From the NCBI GenBank assembly GCA_049591455.1, contig JBAWFA010000007.1, forward strand, positions 27,462-91,461: a stretch of 64,000 nucleotides of DNA. The letters run 5' to 3'. Shown here in pieces: positions 9,300 to 20,204 of this stretch. Under the pieces are notes generated by a model, which ran no database searches, had not been told where the DNA came from, and saw only the letters and a program-made list of their open reading frames with translations. A program made the position numbers and the translations under genes. Positions within the stretch are counted from its first letter, which is position 1; each line of letters starts with the position of its first letter. The stretch is from Gammaproteobacteria bacterium (GTDB lineage Bacteria > Pseudomonadota > Gammaproteobacteria > Natronospirales > REEB76).

Positions 9300-10106
9300 A
9301 TGTTGAACGTTGAGCAAAACCCGGTCGAAAATCTTCTGCCATCCGAGTGGCTGGTGTATGAGCAGCCACTCACCGAGCGGATACGCACGTTCCTGCGTCT
9401 GGAATTCCTGTTCGAACAATGTGAGCATTACATCAACCTCACCTCGGCCTGGGACAGCCGTGCCGCCATCACCGCGATTCTCGAAGTCAGTTCCCTGCTT
9501 ACCCGCGGCGATGTACGCACCGAAGTGCTCAAGGAACTGGAACGCTGCCTGCTGTTTCTGAATCGTCTGACCGGCAGCCCTGAAGTAGATGGCGCGCGGC
9601 TGCAATCGGTACTCACCGAACTGGAAACCCTGCGTCACGCCATGAACGGCGACGGTCGGCCTCTGGGTCTTGGCCTCAAGGAAAGTGAATTTCTCAACAC
9701 CATCAAGAACCGCCTCGCCATCCCCGGCGGCACCTGCCAGTTCGATCTGCCGGCGTATCACGCCTGGCTCACCCAAACCCATGCCAGACGCGCACGCGAC
9801 TTGCAGCACTGGCTGCAGGAAATCCGGCCACTACGCGACACCATCAACTTGCTCCTGGCGCTGACCCGGGAAAGTGCACTGCCCATGCGGGTCGTGGCCG
9901 AACAGGGCATGTATCTGCACATTTTTGAAGGTTCCTCCTGCCCGCTGGTGCGTGTCATGGTGCCGGCCATCAGCGGCGTGTTCCCCGAGATCAGCGCCGG
10001 CCGTCAGCGCATCACCGTCCATTTTCTGGAACGCCCGGACACCGGCGGTCGTGCCCAACAAACCAAGCGCGACATCGGTTTCAAACTGGTGTGCTGCCAG
10101 CTCTGA
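9300..10106 (+). CDS. zapD: cell division protein ZapD
   Basis: 268 aa. [19 protein letters not shown] is typical of the ZapD/YacF N-terminus. Conserved coaE-zapD-yacG order. Confidence 0.85.
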   Translation: MLNVEQNPVENLLPSEWLVYEQPLTERIRTFLRLEFLFEQCEHYINLTSAWDSRAAITAILEVSSLLTRGDVRTEVLKELERCLLFLNRLTGSPEVDGARLQSVLTELETLRHAMNGDGRPLGLGLKESEFLNTIKNRLAIPGGTCQFDLPAYHAWLTQTHARRARDLQHWLQEIRPLRDTINLLLALTRESALPMRVVAEQGMYLHIFEGSSCPLVRVMVPAISGVFPEISAGRQRITVHFLERPDTGGRAQQTKRDIGFKLVCCQL

Positions 10107-10111
10107 CGGCG

Positions 10112-10297
10112 ATGGAGGAACCGCAGGAGGTCAAATGTCCGCGCTGCGGCACGCCAGTGCCGTGGACAGCGACATCGGAATGGAAACCTTTCTGCAGCGA
10201 GCGCTGCCGCTTGATTGATCTCGGGAACTGGTTGCTGGAAAAACACGCCATTCCCGGCGATACCGCACCCGACGATCAGGATGCGGTGAATGAATAG
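10112..10297 (+). CDS. yacG: DNA gyrase inhibitor YacG (zinc finger)
   Basis: CPRCG..17 aa..[17 protein letters not shown] 10112 lies just after the zapD stop (the track start 10091 overlaps zapD). The 3' end overlaps the convergent Nudix gene by 22 nt. Confidence 0.85.
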   Translation: MEEPQEVKCPRCGTPVPWTATSEWKPFCSERCRLIDLGNWLLEKHAIPGDTAPDDQDAVNE

Positions 10298-11235
10298 TCG
10301 TTCCATAAGCCGCGCATGGCGGCGATACCATGTGCGCCAAACCCACGCACCCTCTTCAGATGCTCGGGCCGCATGCCGCCGATGGCATACGCCGGTGACA
10401 GGCTGAGCGACGCCAAACGCGCAAACCCTTCCCAGCCCAGCGTTGCCGCCTGTGGATGACTTAAGGTAGCGAACACTGGACCAAGGATGATGTAATCCAA
10501 CCCACAGATCTGCGACTGGCGTATTTCATTCTCATCGTGACAGGATGCCCCCACCATAAAATCCTCCGACAATGGCTTGCGGGTCATTCGCGACAAACGT
10601 GCGCTGCTCAAATGCACGCCGTCAGCACCCAGTTGCTCCGCCAGTTCCGGCTCAGAATTCAAAACAACATTCGCGCCGTGACGGTGACAAAGCACAATCA
10701 CTTCGCGTGCCAAAGATGTGTAATCCGGCAGTGAGAGTTCAGGGGCGCGTAACTGGACGAATTCCACGCCGTGCTCAAGACTGCGCTCTAGAGTTGCCAG
10801 GAATTGATCCTGGTCCGAGTCCGGTGAGGGTGTCACCAGCATTTCCAGCGGAAAACAAAGGCCCATCACAATGGTTCTGTCGGCAGGCAGAAGCTTCCGG
10901 CCGGGAAGCTCCTTCGGCCTGACCCAGACGAGTGCCTGATTCTCACGTGCGTGCGGCTCGCCGCTGTAATGTTGCACGCGCCAGACCTCCAGTTCCACAT
11001 GACGCTCGGGATAAGCGTGACTTACATGAATCCAGAATCGCGCGTCGTGCACCGTGATGCCCAGCTCTTCGTGCAGCTCGCGTTTGAGTGCCGCCAATGG
11101 TGTTTCACCGGGCTCGAGCTTGCCGCCGGGAAATTCCCAGTATCCTGCCCAGGGTTTTCCGGCAGGCCGCTGGTTGATAAGCACGCGGCCCTGTTCATCC
11201 TTCAGAACCGCTGCAATTACATGAATGGTTTCCAC
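10276..11235 (-). CDS. mutT: Nudix (MutT-like) hydrolase fused to a ThiE/TenI-like domain
   Basis: Nudix box [24 protein letters not shown] in the first ~130 aa. The C-terminal ~190 aa have a TMP-synthase-like fold signature (..[14 protein letters not shown]..). Sits in the mutT position downstream of secA. Confidence 0.8.
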   Translation of the reverse strand: METIHVIAAVLKDEQGRVLINQRPAGKPWAGYWEFPGGKLEPGETPLAALKRELHEELGITVHDARFWIHVSHAYPERHVELEVWRVQHYSGEPHARENQALVWVRPKELPGRKLLPADRTIVMGLCFPLEMLVTPSPDSDQDQFLATLERSLEHGVEFVQLRAPELSLPDYTSLAREVIVLCHRHGANVVLNSEPELAEQLGADGVHLSSARLSRMTRKPLSEDFMVGASCHDENEIRQSQICGLDYIILGPVFATLSHPQAATLGWEGFARLASLSLSPAYAIGGMRPEHLKRVRGFGAHGIAAMRGLWNDYSFTAS

Positions 11236-11394
11236 TTTAAGTAGCGGCGCTTCGAGAAGTACCGCGGGCGCGGGAACCGGTATTCAATTTCTTTGCCAGG
11301 TGATCACGAACTCGTATCGTCACTTGCCCGTCAAGCCCCTTCTCCCGGGAGAGAGGAAACAGGCATGGGCACGTGCCGTACCAGCATTTCGACC

Positions 11395-14118
11395 TTAATT
11401 CAGGCGCCCGTGACACTGTTTGTACTTGAGGCCCGAGCCGCAGGGACAGGGCTCGTTGCGGCCTACTTTGCGGCCTTCGCGCACGAAGGTGGTGACCGGG
11501 GCGGCTTGCGGCGCCTCGGCCTGGGCTTCCCCGGCGGGGGCACCGGCCGCGGCGCTGGCCGCATCGGCATGCTGGAATTGCATGGCGCGGGCGCGGCGCC
11601 GCTGCTCTTCCACCGCGATCACATCCTCCTGGGTACGTACCTGGACTTTGGCGAGGATGCTCACCACTTCATGCTTGAGACGCTCCAGCATGGTGGCAAA
11701 CATTTCGAAGGCTTCACGCTTGTATTCCTGCTTGGGATTGACCTGGGCATAACCGCGAAGATGTATTCCCTGGCGCAGATAATCCATGTTCGCCAGGTGT
11801 TCGCGCCACAGGTTGTCCAGCACCTGCAAGAGTACCGCCTTTTCGAACTGGCGCATGACCTCCGCGCCGGTCTGCTGTTCCTTGAGTTTGTAGGATTCCG
11901 TGAACGCATCAATGATCTTCTTGCGCAGTGGCTCCTCATGGAGGGTTTCGTCGCTTTCGAGCCAGCCTTTGATGTCGAGCTTGAGGCCGAATTCCCGCTC
12001 CAGGGTCTCCGTGAGGCCGGCGATATCCCATTGCTCTTCCACGCTCTGCGGCGGTATGTAGTCGTTGATGGTGCCGTTGATAACGTCGGTGTAAACATTC
12101 TGGATGGTGCCGGCCACATCGGTCGTATGCAGCAATTCATTGCGCTGCTCGTAAATGACCTTGCGCTGGTCATTGGCCACATCGTCGTATTCCAGCAGTT
12201 CTTTGCGGATGTCGAAGTTGTGGGCTTCCACCTTGCGCTGGGCATTCTCGATGGCCTTGGTGACCCAGGGATGCTCGATGGCCTCGTCGCCCTGCACACC
12301 GAAGCGCTCCATGATGGCCTTCACCCGGTCGCCGGCGAAGATACGCATCAGGTTGTCGTCGAGTCCCAGATAGAAACGGCTGGAACCGGGGTCGCCCTGG
12401 CGGCCGGAGCGGCCGCGCAACTGGTTGTCTATGCGCCGCGATTCGTGTCGCTCGCTGCCGATGATATGCAGGCCGCCCGCCGCCAGCACCGCATCGTGAC
12501 GCTGCTGCCAGGCTTCACGCACCTGAGTACGCTCCGCCTCGCTGGTCTCGGGCGGCAAAGCCCTGGATTCGACGTCGAGACTTCCGCCCAGCACGATGTC
12601 CGTGCCGCGGCCGGCCATGTTGGTGGCGATGGTAACGGTGCCCGGCCGGCCGGCCTGGGCGATGATGTGGGCCTCGCGTTCGTGCTGCTTGGCGTTCAAC
12701 ACCTCGTGCTGGATTTTTTCTTTCTTGAGCAGCGATGAAAGATATTCCGAGGTTTCGATGGACGCCGTACCCACCAACACCGGCTGGCCGCGGCCGTGGG
12801 CCTCGCGGATATCGGCGATCACTGCCTGGAACTTGCCCTTGGTGCTGAGATAAACATGATCCGGATTGTCCTTACGGATCATGGGCCGATTGGTGGGGAT
12901 CACCACTACTTCCAGACCGTAGATTTCGTGGAATTCCGCCGCCTCGGTGTCGGCAGTGCCGGTCATGCCGGCGAGCTTCTTGTACAAGCGGAAATAGTTC
13001 TGAAAGGTGATAGACGCGAGCGTCTGGTTCTCTGCCTGGATCTTCACGCCCTCCTTGGCCTCGATGGCCTGATGCAGCCCGTCGGACCAGCGCCGGCCCG
13101 GCATGGTGCGGCCGGTGAATTCGTCCACGATTACCACTTCGCCGTCCTTGACGATGTAATCCACTTCACGGTGATACAGCGCATGGGCGCGTAGTGCCGC
13201 GTTTATCTGGTGCATGAGCATGATGTTGGCAGCGTCGTAAAGCGAGTCGCCTTCCTTGAGCAACCCGGCTTTGGCCAGCAATTCCTCGATGCGCTCATGA
13301 CCCTCTTCCGTGAGATAGACCTGTTTGGTCTTTTCATCCATGTTGTAATCGCCGGGACCGTCCTCTTCCTCCTGTTTTTTCAACCGCGGCACCAGCACGT
13401 TGACCTTGCGATACAGCTCGGTGTTGTCTTCCACCGCGCCGGAAATGATGAGCGGCGTGCGAGCCTCGTCAATCAGGATCGAGTCCACTTCGTCCACGAT
13501 GGCGTAATGCAGTTGGCGCTGGGCCTTGTCCTCAAGCCGGAACGCCATATTGTCACGCAGATAGTCGAAGCCGAATTCGTTGTTGGTGCCATAGGTGATG
13601 TCAGTGCCGTAGGCATCGCGTTTGACGGCCGGATCCTGACCCACCAGGATCACGCCGACAGTCATCCCCAAGGCCTCGTATACCGGCCGCATCCAGTCCG
13701 CGTCGCGTTGCGCCAGGTAATCGTTCACGGTTACCACGTGCACTCCCTGCCCCGGGATGGCGTTGAGATAGACCGCGAGCGTCGCCACCAGGGTTTTGCC
13801 TTCGCCGGTGCGCATCTCGGCGATCTTTCCGCGGTGCAGAACGATGCCGCCGATGAGCTGCACATCGAAATGGCGCATGCCAAGATTGCGGCGTGCCGCC
13901 TCGCGTACCGCCGCAAAGGCTTCCGGCAGCAAGTCATCGAGGCTTTCTCCCTTCGCGTGGCGCTCGCGGAATTCCGCGGTCTTGGCCTTGAGGGCCTCAT
14001 CCTCTAGCGCCTGCATCTGCGGTTCCAAGCCATTGACGTGCGTGACGATGCGCTGCATGCCATGCAACAGGCGCTCGTTGCGGCTGCCGAACACTTTTTT
14101 CAGAAGACTATTCGCCAT
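11395..14118 (-). CDS. secA: preprotein translocase ATPase SecA
   Basis: 907 aa. [13 protein letters not shown] Walker A, DEAD-like [20 protein letters not shown]-terminal zinc motif [14 protein letters not shown]. Confidence 0.98.
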   Translation of the reverse strand: MANSLLKKVFGSRNERLLHGMQRIVTHVNGLEPQMQALEDEALKAKTAEFRERHAKGESLDDLLPEAFAAVREAARRNLGMRHFDVQLIGGIVLHRGKIAEMRTGEGKTLVATLAVYLNAIPGQGVHVVTVNDYLAQRDADWMRPVYEALGMTVGVILVGQDPAVKRDAYGTDITYGTNNEFGFDYLRDNMAFRLEDKAQRQLHYAIVDEVDSILIDEARTPLIISGAVEDNTELYRKVNVLVPRLKKQEEEDGPGDYNMDEKTKQVYLTEEGHERIEELLAKAGLLKEGDSLYDAANIMLMHQINAALRAHALYHREVDYIVKDGEVVIVDEFTGRTMPGRRWSDGLHQAIEAKEGVKIQAENQTLASITFQNYFRLYKKLAGMTGTADTEAAEFHEIYGLEVVVIPTNRPMIRKDNPDHVYLSTKGKFQAVIADIREAHGRGQPVLVGTASIETSEYLSSLLKKEKIQHEVLNAKQHEREAHIIAQAGRPGTVTIATNMAGRGTDIVLGGSLDVESRALPPETSEAERTQVREAWQQRHDAVLAAGGLHIIGSERHESRRIDNQLRGRSGRQGDPGSSRFYLGLDDNLMRIFAGDRVKAIMERFGVQGDEAIEHPWVTKAIENAQRKVEAHNFDIRKELLEYDDVANDQRKVIYEQRNELLHTTDVAGTIQNVYTDVINGTINDYIPPQSVEEQWDIAGLTETLEREFGLKLDIKGWLESDETLHEEPLRKKIIDAFTESYKLKEQQTGAEVMRQFEKAVLLQVLDNLWREHLANMDYLRQGIHLRGYAQVNPKQEYKREAFEMFATMLERLKHEVVSILAKVQVRTQEDVIAVEEQRRRARAMQFQHADAASAAAGAPAGEAQAEAPQAAPVTTFVREGRKVGRNEPCPCGSGLKYKQCHGRLN

Positions 14119-14307
14119 GGTTTTATCCGTGCATTTCGGCTTGTCTAATGCGTCCGTTCATAATCCCGCGTGCCAGCATGCCATGTAGGCACCCCGGCCT
14201 GGTTTCAAGGTGGTTCCGGTGGGGTCAGGCTGCCGCGGACTGGAATTGCGGACAGAAGGCGGGAACAGCGGCCGAAAGAGCCGGGAATGGGCCTTTCCAA
14301 CGCCCTG

Positions 14308-15261
14308 TCAGTCCAGGCTCCGGGGCATCGCGGCCACCCGCACCCGCCCCGAGGCATTCACAAATTGCGCCGGATTGACCGGCTTGCCATTGTATAAGAC
14401 TTCAAAGTGCACGTGGGGACCCGTGGAACGGCCGGTGGAACCCAGCAAGGCAATTTCCTGGCCTTTTTTCACCACCTCTCCCACATGCACCAGAACCTTT
14501 TCGCTGTGGCCATAGAGCGTGGCGTAACCGTTGCCATGGTCAATCTCCACCATGTTGCCGTAACCGGAGCGCGGCCCAGCCCAAGTCACAACCCCCGCGG
14601 CCACAGCCTCCACCGGTTCGCCTTCGGGGCCGGCGAAATCTATGCCCGGATGAAACGACAGCTCCCCCGTAAACGGATCAATGCGCATGCCGAACGGCGA
14701 ACTCTCGTAGCCTTCCACTAACGGTGGACCCGAGGGCCGTGCCTGCAACTGGACATTGCGGTTCATGAGCAGGCTTTCCAGCACCGTAAGCTGTTGCTCG
14801 CGTGTGCTGATCTGCGTGGAGAGCTGATCGAGGCTGTCAATGAAATCGGGCAATGCCACGTGCTGCACGGGCCCGCTGACTTCCGGACCACCTTCAGCAG
14901 GAGGGGTGTTGAAATCGAATTCGCCTTTCTTCAGGCCCGCCATGCGGGTAAGCTGCTGGCCGAGCGCATCCAGCCGCATGATGTGCGCTTGCAGTTCGCT
15001 CACCTTGGCGGACAACGCATCAATATTGGCTTGGGCGACTTGTTTGGCGCGCGCCACCTCCGTCGCCTGGAAACTGAATCGAGTTTCCCAGGCCTGCGCA
15101 TGAGCCGGGAGCGGAGCCAACCAACTGGCCGCGCTATAACCGGCCAGGAACAAGACGCCGCATACCAGGATGGCCAGAGACGCAGCACTTGCCAGAGTTA
15201 AGGGTTTGCCCAGATCCAACTGACGCAAACGGCCCTGTTTCATGAATAAAATACTGCTCAT
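14308..15261 (-). CDS. M23 family metallopeptidase with N-terminal TM anchor and coiled coil
   Basis: C-terminal HPGIDFAG..GYGNMVEIDHGNGYATLYGHS..GSTGRSTGPHVHFEV (LytM motifs). ATG 15261 (MSSILFMKQG) was chosen. The 84-codon upstream extension in the track overlaps the divergent gene. Confidence 0.85.
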   Translation of the reverse strand: MSSILFMKQGRLRQLDLGKPLTLASAASLAILVCGVLFLAGYSAASWLAPLPAHAQAWETRFSFQATEVARAKQVAQANIDALSAKVSELQAHIMRLDALGQQLTRMAGLKKGEFDFNTPPAEGGPEVSGPVQHVALPDFIDSLDQLSTQISTREQQLTVLESLLMNRNVQLQARPSGPPLVEGYESSPFGMRIDPFTGELSFHPGIDFAGPEGEPVEAVAAGVVTWAGPRSGYGNMVEIDHGNGYATLYGHSEKVLVHVGEVVKKGQEIALLGSTGRSTGPHVHFEVLYNGKPVNPAQFVNASGRVRVAAMPRSLD

Positions 15262-15285
15262 AGTTCGTATTCCCCGAGTTACCGA

Positions 15286-15738
15286 TTGCTCATGATGACA
15301 CCCAAATCCCACTCCCTCGATGCGCTGCTCACCGGTGGTTCCCGGCTCAAGCTGTTGACGGCGGAAGCCCGACGGCTTACCTGCCTGCGTGACAGGGTGC
15401 GCCGCCAATTGCCGCCGGCGTCGGCGCCCCATTGCCTCGGCGCCGAACTGGAAGCCGGGACACTGGTCATCTACATGGACAGTGCGGCTGCCGCCACTCC
15501 GGTCCGCTATCAACAGCGTGAACTTATATACAAGTTCGCCGCTGATGCGCTGGCCTGCACCGCCATCAAGGTGCAGATTCTGCCGGAACCGCCACTGTCT
15601 CCAGTACTCAAACCCGCCGCGCGCCTGTTATCGGATGCAGTGCGCCGGATGCTCGAAAACACCGCAAACGGGCTTGAAGAAGGATCGCTCAGCCGTTCGT
15701 TGAGACGACTCGCCCGTGGTCGCACACCGCGGCAGTAA
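15286..15738 (+). CDS. DUF721 (DciA-like) protein
   Basis: 150 aa. The pattern ..HCLGAELEAGTLVIYMDSAAAATPVRYQQRELI.. resembles DUF721. It lies between an M23 peptidase and lpxC; the comparable arrangement in pseudomonads is recalled from memory. Family assigned by eye. Confidence 0.55.
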   Translation: MLMMTPKSHSLDALLTGGSRLKLLTAEARRLTCLRDRVRRQLPPASAPHCLGAELEAGTLVIYMDSAAAATPVRYQQRELIYKFAADALACTAIKVQILPEPPLSPVLKPAARLLSDAVRRMLENTANGLEEGSLSRSLRRLARGRTPRQ

Positions 15739-15767
15739 CATTCCATATCGGATGAATCCGTGAGCAG

Positions 15768-16679
15768 TTAAAGCGCGTGCACCGGCGTCATGTACGAGAT
15801 GGGTGCCGCTGCCGCATCATCGAAAGTGACTTCTTCCCACGCCGGCTGCTTAGCCAGAAGCGCGCGCAGCAGTGTGTTGTTGAGACCGTGGCCAGACTTG
15901 TAGGCGCTGAACGCACCGATCAGACTGTGACCAAGCAGATACAGATCACCGATGGAATCGAGTATCTTGTGTTTGACGAACTCGTCCTCGTAACGCAGCC
16001 CGTCCTCGTTGAGAATCCGGTAATCGTCCAGTGCGATGGCGTTATCCAGGGATGCGCCCAAGGTCAGATGCCGCTGGCGCAGCATCTCGATGTCACGCAT
16101 GAAACCAAAGGTGCGTGCACGGCTTACCTCCTTCACAAAGGAAGTAGTGGAAAAATCCACCGTGGCGCTCTGGGTGTGCTTCTTGAAGATGGGATGGTCG
16201 AAATCAATCTGGAAACTCACCTTGAAACCATCAAATGGTTCGAAGCGCGCCCACTTGTCGCCATCACGCACTTCCAGGGCATCGCGGATGCGTATGAAGC
16301 GCTTGTGGGCATTCTGTTCCTCGATGCCGGCGGATTGCAGCAGGAACACGAACGGGCCGGCGCTGCCATCCATAATGGGTACTTCGGCGGCGGACAAATC
16401 AACATAGGCATTGTCTATGCCGAGTCCGGCGAACGCCGAAAGCAAATGCTCCACCGTGGATATGCGAATGTCGCCGTTCACCAGGGTGGTGCCCAGCATG
16501 GTGTCACCCACGTGTTCGGCATGGGCGCGTAACTCGACGGGTTTTTCCAAATCCACACGCCGGAATATGATTCCGGTATTAGGGGCCGCCGGACGCAAGG
16601 TCATGTAGACCTTTTCACCTGTGTGCAACCCCACGCCGGTGGCGCGGATACAATTCTTGAGCGTACGCTGTTTCAGCAT
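15768..16679 (-). CDS. lpxC: UDP-3-O-acyl-GlcNAc deacetylase
   Basis: 303 aa. [25 protein letters not shown]-terminus and HxxD-type zinc motifs. Position after ftsZ. Confidence 0.97.
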   Translation of the reverse strand: MLKQRTLKNCIRATGVGLHTGEKVYMTLRPAAPNTGIIFRRVDLEKPVELRAHAEHVGDTMLGTTLVNGDIRISTVEHLLSAFAGLGIDNAYVDLSAAEVPIMDGSAGPFVFLLQSAGIEEQNAHKRFIRIRDALEVRDGDKWARFEPFDGFKVSFQIDFDHPIFKKHTQSATVDFSTTSFVKEVSRARTFGFMRDIEMLRQRHLTLGASLDNAIALDDYRILNEDGLRYEDEFVKHKILDSIGDLYLLGHSLIGAFSAYKSGHGLNNTLLRALLAKQPAWEEVTFDDAAAAPISYMTPVHAL

Positions 16680-16885
16680 GCCGTCGTCTTACCTGTTCTA
16701 CCCGGGACTGCGTGTGAGTCCCGCGCCTGATGACAAGCGCTTTTGCTACTAAAACGCGGCGCCCAGCCCCCCGGCCGACTCCCGCCCATTGATAAATTCG
16801 CGACCGCGTACGGTATCACAGGCCGCGCACGCCTAACAAGGTTTCCGGCTCCTCCTCCCGGCCTCAGATCCCGGGGCAGCCGGGC

Positions 16886-18052
16886 TCAGTCAGCCTGGCG
16901 CCGCAGGAAGGCCGGGATATCCAGGTATTCCTGACTCTGGGTATCCAATTCTCCCTGCTCACGCTGTCGCACATAGGCCGGCCGCTCGAGCTTCTTCCAA
17001 TCGGGCCGATCGTCACTGCCGGTGCGCGCCAATGGCACCAACTGGGGCGCTAACGCCACCACCGGTTTTATCTCCGGGACCACTTGGGCCTGGGACCGGC
17101 TCAGGCCTGTGGCTACCACAGTCACCCGGATTTCGTTACTCATGGAGGGGTCCAGCACGGTGCCCACCTTGATGGACGCATCCTCCACCGCGTAACTGTG
17201 GGCAATGTCCATGACCTCTTCATACTCGCCCATGGTCAGGTCCATGCCAGCGGTGATATTCACCAAAATGCCGCGGGCGCCGTGCAGGTTGACGTTCTCC
17301 AGCAAGGGGCTGGTGACCGCTGCGCCGGTGGCCTTTTGGGCGCGGCCTTCGCCGCTCGCCTGGCCGGTGCCCATCATCGCCATGCCCATCTCCGCCATCA
17401 CCGTGCGTACGTCGGCGAAGTCCAGGTTCATGAGACCCGGTCGGGTGATGATGTCGGCGATGCCGCGCACCGCTCCGTGCAACACCTCGTTGGCCGCCTG
17501 GAAAGCCTGCAGCATGGGAATGTCCCGGCCGAGCACCGCGGACAGCTTCTCGTTGGGAATCACGATGAGTGAATCCACGTACTGGGCCAGTTCCGCGAGT
17601 CCCTGCTCCGCCACTTTCATGCGCTTGCTGCCTTCATGGGGAAACGGCTTGGTCACCACAGCCACCACCAGCACATCGAGTTCCTTCGCCACCTGCGCCA
17701 CCACTGGCGCCGCGCCGGTACCGGTGCCGCCGCCCATACCGGCGGTGATGAACACCATATCGCTGCCGCGCAACACTTCTTCCAGACGGTCGCGATCCTC
17801 CAGCGCAGCCTGTTTGCCGGTTTCCGGATTGGAACCGGCTCCCAGTCCGCGGGTGAGGTTGCTACCGATCTGCAACGTAGTTCGCGCGTTGATTTTCTTC
17901 AACACCTGCGCGTCGGTATTCACGGCGATGAAATCCACGCCCTCGATACCGCTCGCCACCATGTGTTGCACGGCATTACCGCCGCCGCCGCCCACGCCTA
18001 TCACCTTGATGATGGCGCTCTGATTAACGTCCTCTTCGATTGTCCAGTTCAT
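16886..18052 (-). CDS. ftsZ: cell division GTPase FtsZ
   Basis: GVGGGGGNAV and AGMGGGTGTGAAP tubulin signature. C-terminal DIPAFLRRQAD peptide. Confidence 0.98.
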   Translation of the reverse strand: MNWTIEEDVNQSAIIKVIGVGGGGGNAVQHMVASGIEGVDFIAVNTDAQVLKKINARTTLQIGSNLTRGLGAGSNPETGKQAALEDRDRLEEVLRGSDMVFITAGMGGGTGTGAAPVVAQVAKELDVLVVAVVTKPFPHEGSKRMKVAEQGLAELAQYVDSLIVIPNEKLSAVLGRDIPMLQAFQAANEVLHGAVRGIADIITRPGLMNLDFADVRTVMAEMGMAMMGTGQASGEGRAQKATGAAVTSPLLENVNLHGARGILVNITAGMDLTMGEYEEVMDIAHSYAVEDASIKVGTVLDPSMSNEIRVTVVATGLSRSQAQVVPEIKPVVALAPQLVPLARTGSDDRPDWKKLERPAYVRQREQGELDTQSQEYLDIPAFLRRQAD

Positions 18053-18091
18053 GTCCCGGTCTCCTCTGCACGTTTAAAAACGAAACTTCTG

Positions 18092-19333
18092 TCAAAATGA
18101 ACCCTGAAACCACTGCTTCATCCGCTGCCATACATCCTTCACATTCACATGGCTCTGGTTGCGCCGTTGTGCGCCATCGCGTGGCAGGCTTTGGGCGCCG
18201 AATAGCAACAAGCCCACGCCGGTGGCGTGGATGGGATTGCGCACCACGTCCACGAGTCCTGTGACGTACTGCGGCACGCCCAAACGCACCGGTGCATGGA
18301 AAACTTCCTCGGCCAGTTCCACTGCGCCCTCCATCTTGGCGCTACCGCCGGTGAGCACGATGCCGGCGGGCACCGCATCCTCGAAGCCGCTGCGGCGCAT
18401 TTCTGCCTGGATCAGGCTAAACAATTCTTCGTAGCGCGGTTCCACCACCTCTGCGAGCGTCTGGCGCGCCAGACGCCGCGGCGGACGTTCGCCCACGCTC
18501 GGCACCTCGATGGTCTCGTCAGCACTCACAAGCTGCGGCAACGCACAGGCATATTTGATCTTGATTTCCTCAGCGTGATGAGTGGGTGTGCGCAGTGCCA
18601 CCGCGATATCGTTGGTTACCTGATCACCCGCGATAGGAATCACGGCGGTGTGGCGGATGGCGCCATCGGTGAATATCGCGATGTCGGTGGTGCCGCCGCC
18701 CATGTCCACCAGGCACACGCCCAGTTCCTTTTCGTCGTCGTTGAGCACCGCGTAGCTGGACGCGATCTGCTCCAAAATGATGTCGTCAACCTTGAGGCCG
18801 CAACGCTCCACGCAGCGCACTATGTTTTGCGCGGCACTCATGGCGCCGGTGACGATGTGCACGTGCACTTCCAGACGCACGCCGGACATGCCGATGGGCT
18901 CGCGGATGCCATCCTGGCCGTCAATCACAAAATCCTGCGGCAGGATGTGCAGAATTCTTTGATCCGCCGGGATGCTCACGGCGCGCGCGGCGTCAATCAC
19001 GCGTTCCACGTCACCAGCGGTCACCTCCTTGTCGCGAATCGCCACCACACCATGGGAATTCAGGCTGCGCACATGACTACCGGCGATGCCGGCGTACACC
19101 GAGTGGATCTGGCAGCCGGCCATGAGTTCAGCTTCCGCCACCGCGCGCTGGATGGATTGCACTGTGGATTCGATGTTCACCACAACGCCGCGCTTCAATC
19201 CCCGCGACGGGTGCGATCCAATGCCGATGATCTCGATGCCGCGGTCCGCCAGTATCTCGCCCACGACAGCGACGACTTTGGAGGTACCTACGTCCAGGCC
19301 TACGATCAATTGCTTGTCGGTTTTTCTAGACAT
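18092..19333 (-). CDS. ftsA: cell division protein FtsA
   Basis: Actin-like ATPase (LIVGLDVGTSK.., DMGGGTTDIA). ATG 19333 was chosen. The track's 57-codon upstream extension lies inside ftsQ. Confidence 0.95.
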   Translation of the reverse strand: MSRKTDKQLIVGLDVGTSKVVAVVGEILADRGIEIIGIGSHPSRGLKRGVVVNIESTVQSIQRAVAEAELMAGCQIHSVYAGIAGSHVRSLNSHGVVAIRDKEVTAGDVERVIDAARAVSIPADQRILHILPQDFVIDGQDGIREPIGMSGVRLEVHVHIVTGAMSAAQNIVRCVERCGLKVDDIILEQIASSYAVLNDDEKELGVCLVDMGGGTTDIAIFTDGAIRHTAVIPIAGDQVTNDIAVALRTPTHHAEEIKIKYACALPQLVSADETIEVPSVGERPPRRLARQTLAEVVEPRYEELFSLIQAEMRRSGFEDAVPAGIVLTGGSAKMEGAVELAEEVFHAPVRLGVPQYVTGLVDVVRNPIHATGVGLLLFGAQSLPRDGAQRRNQSHVNVKDVWQRMKQWFQGSF

Positions 19334-20204
19334 TCGGTCCAACCTCGTTGCTATGCCCATCGGCGGGCGCAGTACATGATTTTTGTGAACCATCCCGGGT
19401 GAACAGGCCGGCCCGTGCATCCGTGGCCGGGCGCTCGTCCGGGCCGACATGTCCCGGGCATGCCGGCGAAACCCCCGGGCTCGCCCAACCCACGGCAAAC
19501 CCATTGGTGTAGCGCATATCCACGTAAGCCACGGTTGCGAGTTTTTCGCTTAGTGTCGGCAGTACCACAGTGGCGAAACGCTCCAAGCGTGGTTCCGACT
19601 CCTCCCGGCCGAGACGCACTTCAATGCCATCGTTCAGTTCCAGCGTGGAATCGCCGCGTGCATCCACCGTCAGTTGCAGGATAGAAAGCCCGCGCGGTAT
19701 CAGTAGCGAGGAGAAAGTGTTGAATTGCGCCAGTACGTCCGGCTCGTCGCCTTCCGGTCCGGACAGCATGGGCAGTTTCGACCAGACACTGTCGCGAGAA
19801 TCCACGAACACCCGGCCCTGGGCATCCATGAGGCCGTCTCCGTTCCAACGCGCCACCGGCACTTCCTCAGCAATGTCTATATAAAGTGTGTGCGGCCAAC
19901 TGCGCCGCACCGCCGCACTCGCCACCCACGGCACCGCTTGCACCGCCGTGCGCACCGTTTCCACGTCGGTGGTAAAGAAACCCGTACCCAGCGCCGACAA
20001 CACCGCCGACCTTATTGCCGGTGGTTGCACGTGCTGCGATCCTCCCGAAACCACGAGTTCGGTAAGCGCCGGTCCTGCCAGCAACGGTTTCGCGTAATGC
20101 ACCGCTAGGGCAATCACCACTACCAGCACGATCATCACCGTGGCTGCCGCCATCGGCACACGTCGCGGGATGCCACCCTCGCGTTGATGGTTGCGCCGCT
20201 TCAT
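19326..20204 (-). CDS. ftsQ: cell division protein FtsQ
   Basis: N-terminal basic region plus a single TM ([13 protein letters not shown]), then POTRA-like and FtsQ domains. ATGA overlap with the murC stop and 8-nt overlap with ftsA. Confidence 0.85.
   Translation of the reverse strand: MKRRNHQREGGIPRRVPMAAATVMIVLVVVIALAVHYAKPLLAGPALTELVVSGGSQHVQPPAIRSAVLSALGTGFFTTDVETVRTAVQAVPWVASAAVRRSWPHTLYIDIAEEVPVARWNGDGLMDAQGRVFVDSRDSVWSKLPMLSGPEGDEPDVLAQFNTFSSLLIPRGLSILQLTVDARGDSTLELNDGIEVRLGREESEPRLERFATVVLPTLSEKLATVAYVDMRYTNGFAVGWASPGVSPACPGHVGPDERPATDARAGLFTRDGSQKSCTAPADGHSNEVGPNV

Noticed and set aside
11341-11377. Perfect palindromes TCTCCCGGGAGA (11341-11352) and GGCACGTGCC (11368-11377) after secA as operator sites.
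   Set aside because: They lie at the 3' end of secA, not in a promoter context. They are better explained as part of a REP-like or terminator structure, and I have no evidence for protein binding.
11293-12738. 481-aa ORF on the plus strand.
   Set aside because: It lies entirely antisense to secA. Its product is rich in Ala/Gly/His/Arg/Val with no recognisable motif. Long stop-free antisense frames are expected in ~60% GC coding DNA.
14119-14307. A possible secM-like leader peptide or regulatory ORF upstream of secA.
   Set aside because: There is no ORF with an arrest-peptide-like sequence, and no ORF of at least 60 aa on the minus strand here. The upstream gene is the M23 peptidase. I cannot exclude a short uORF, but nothing supports one.
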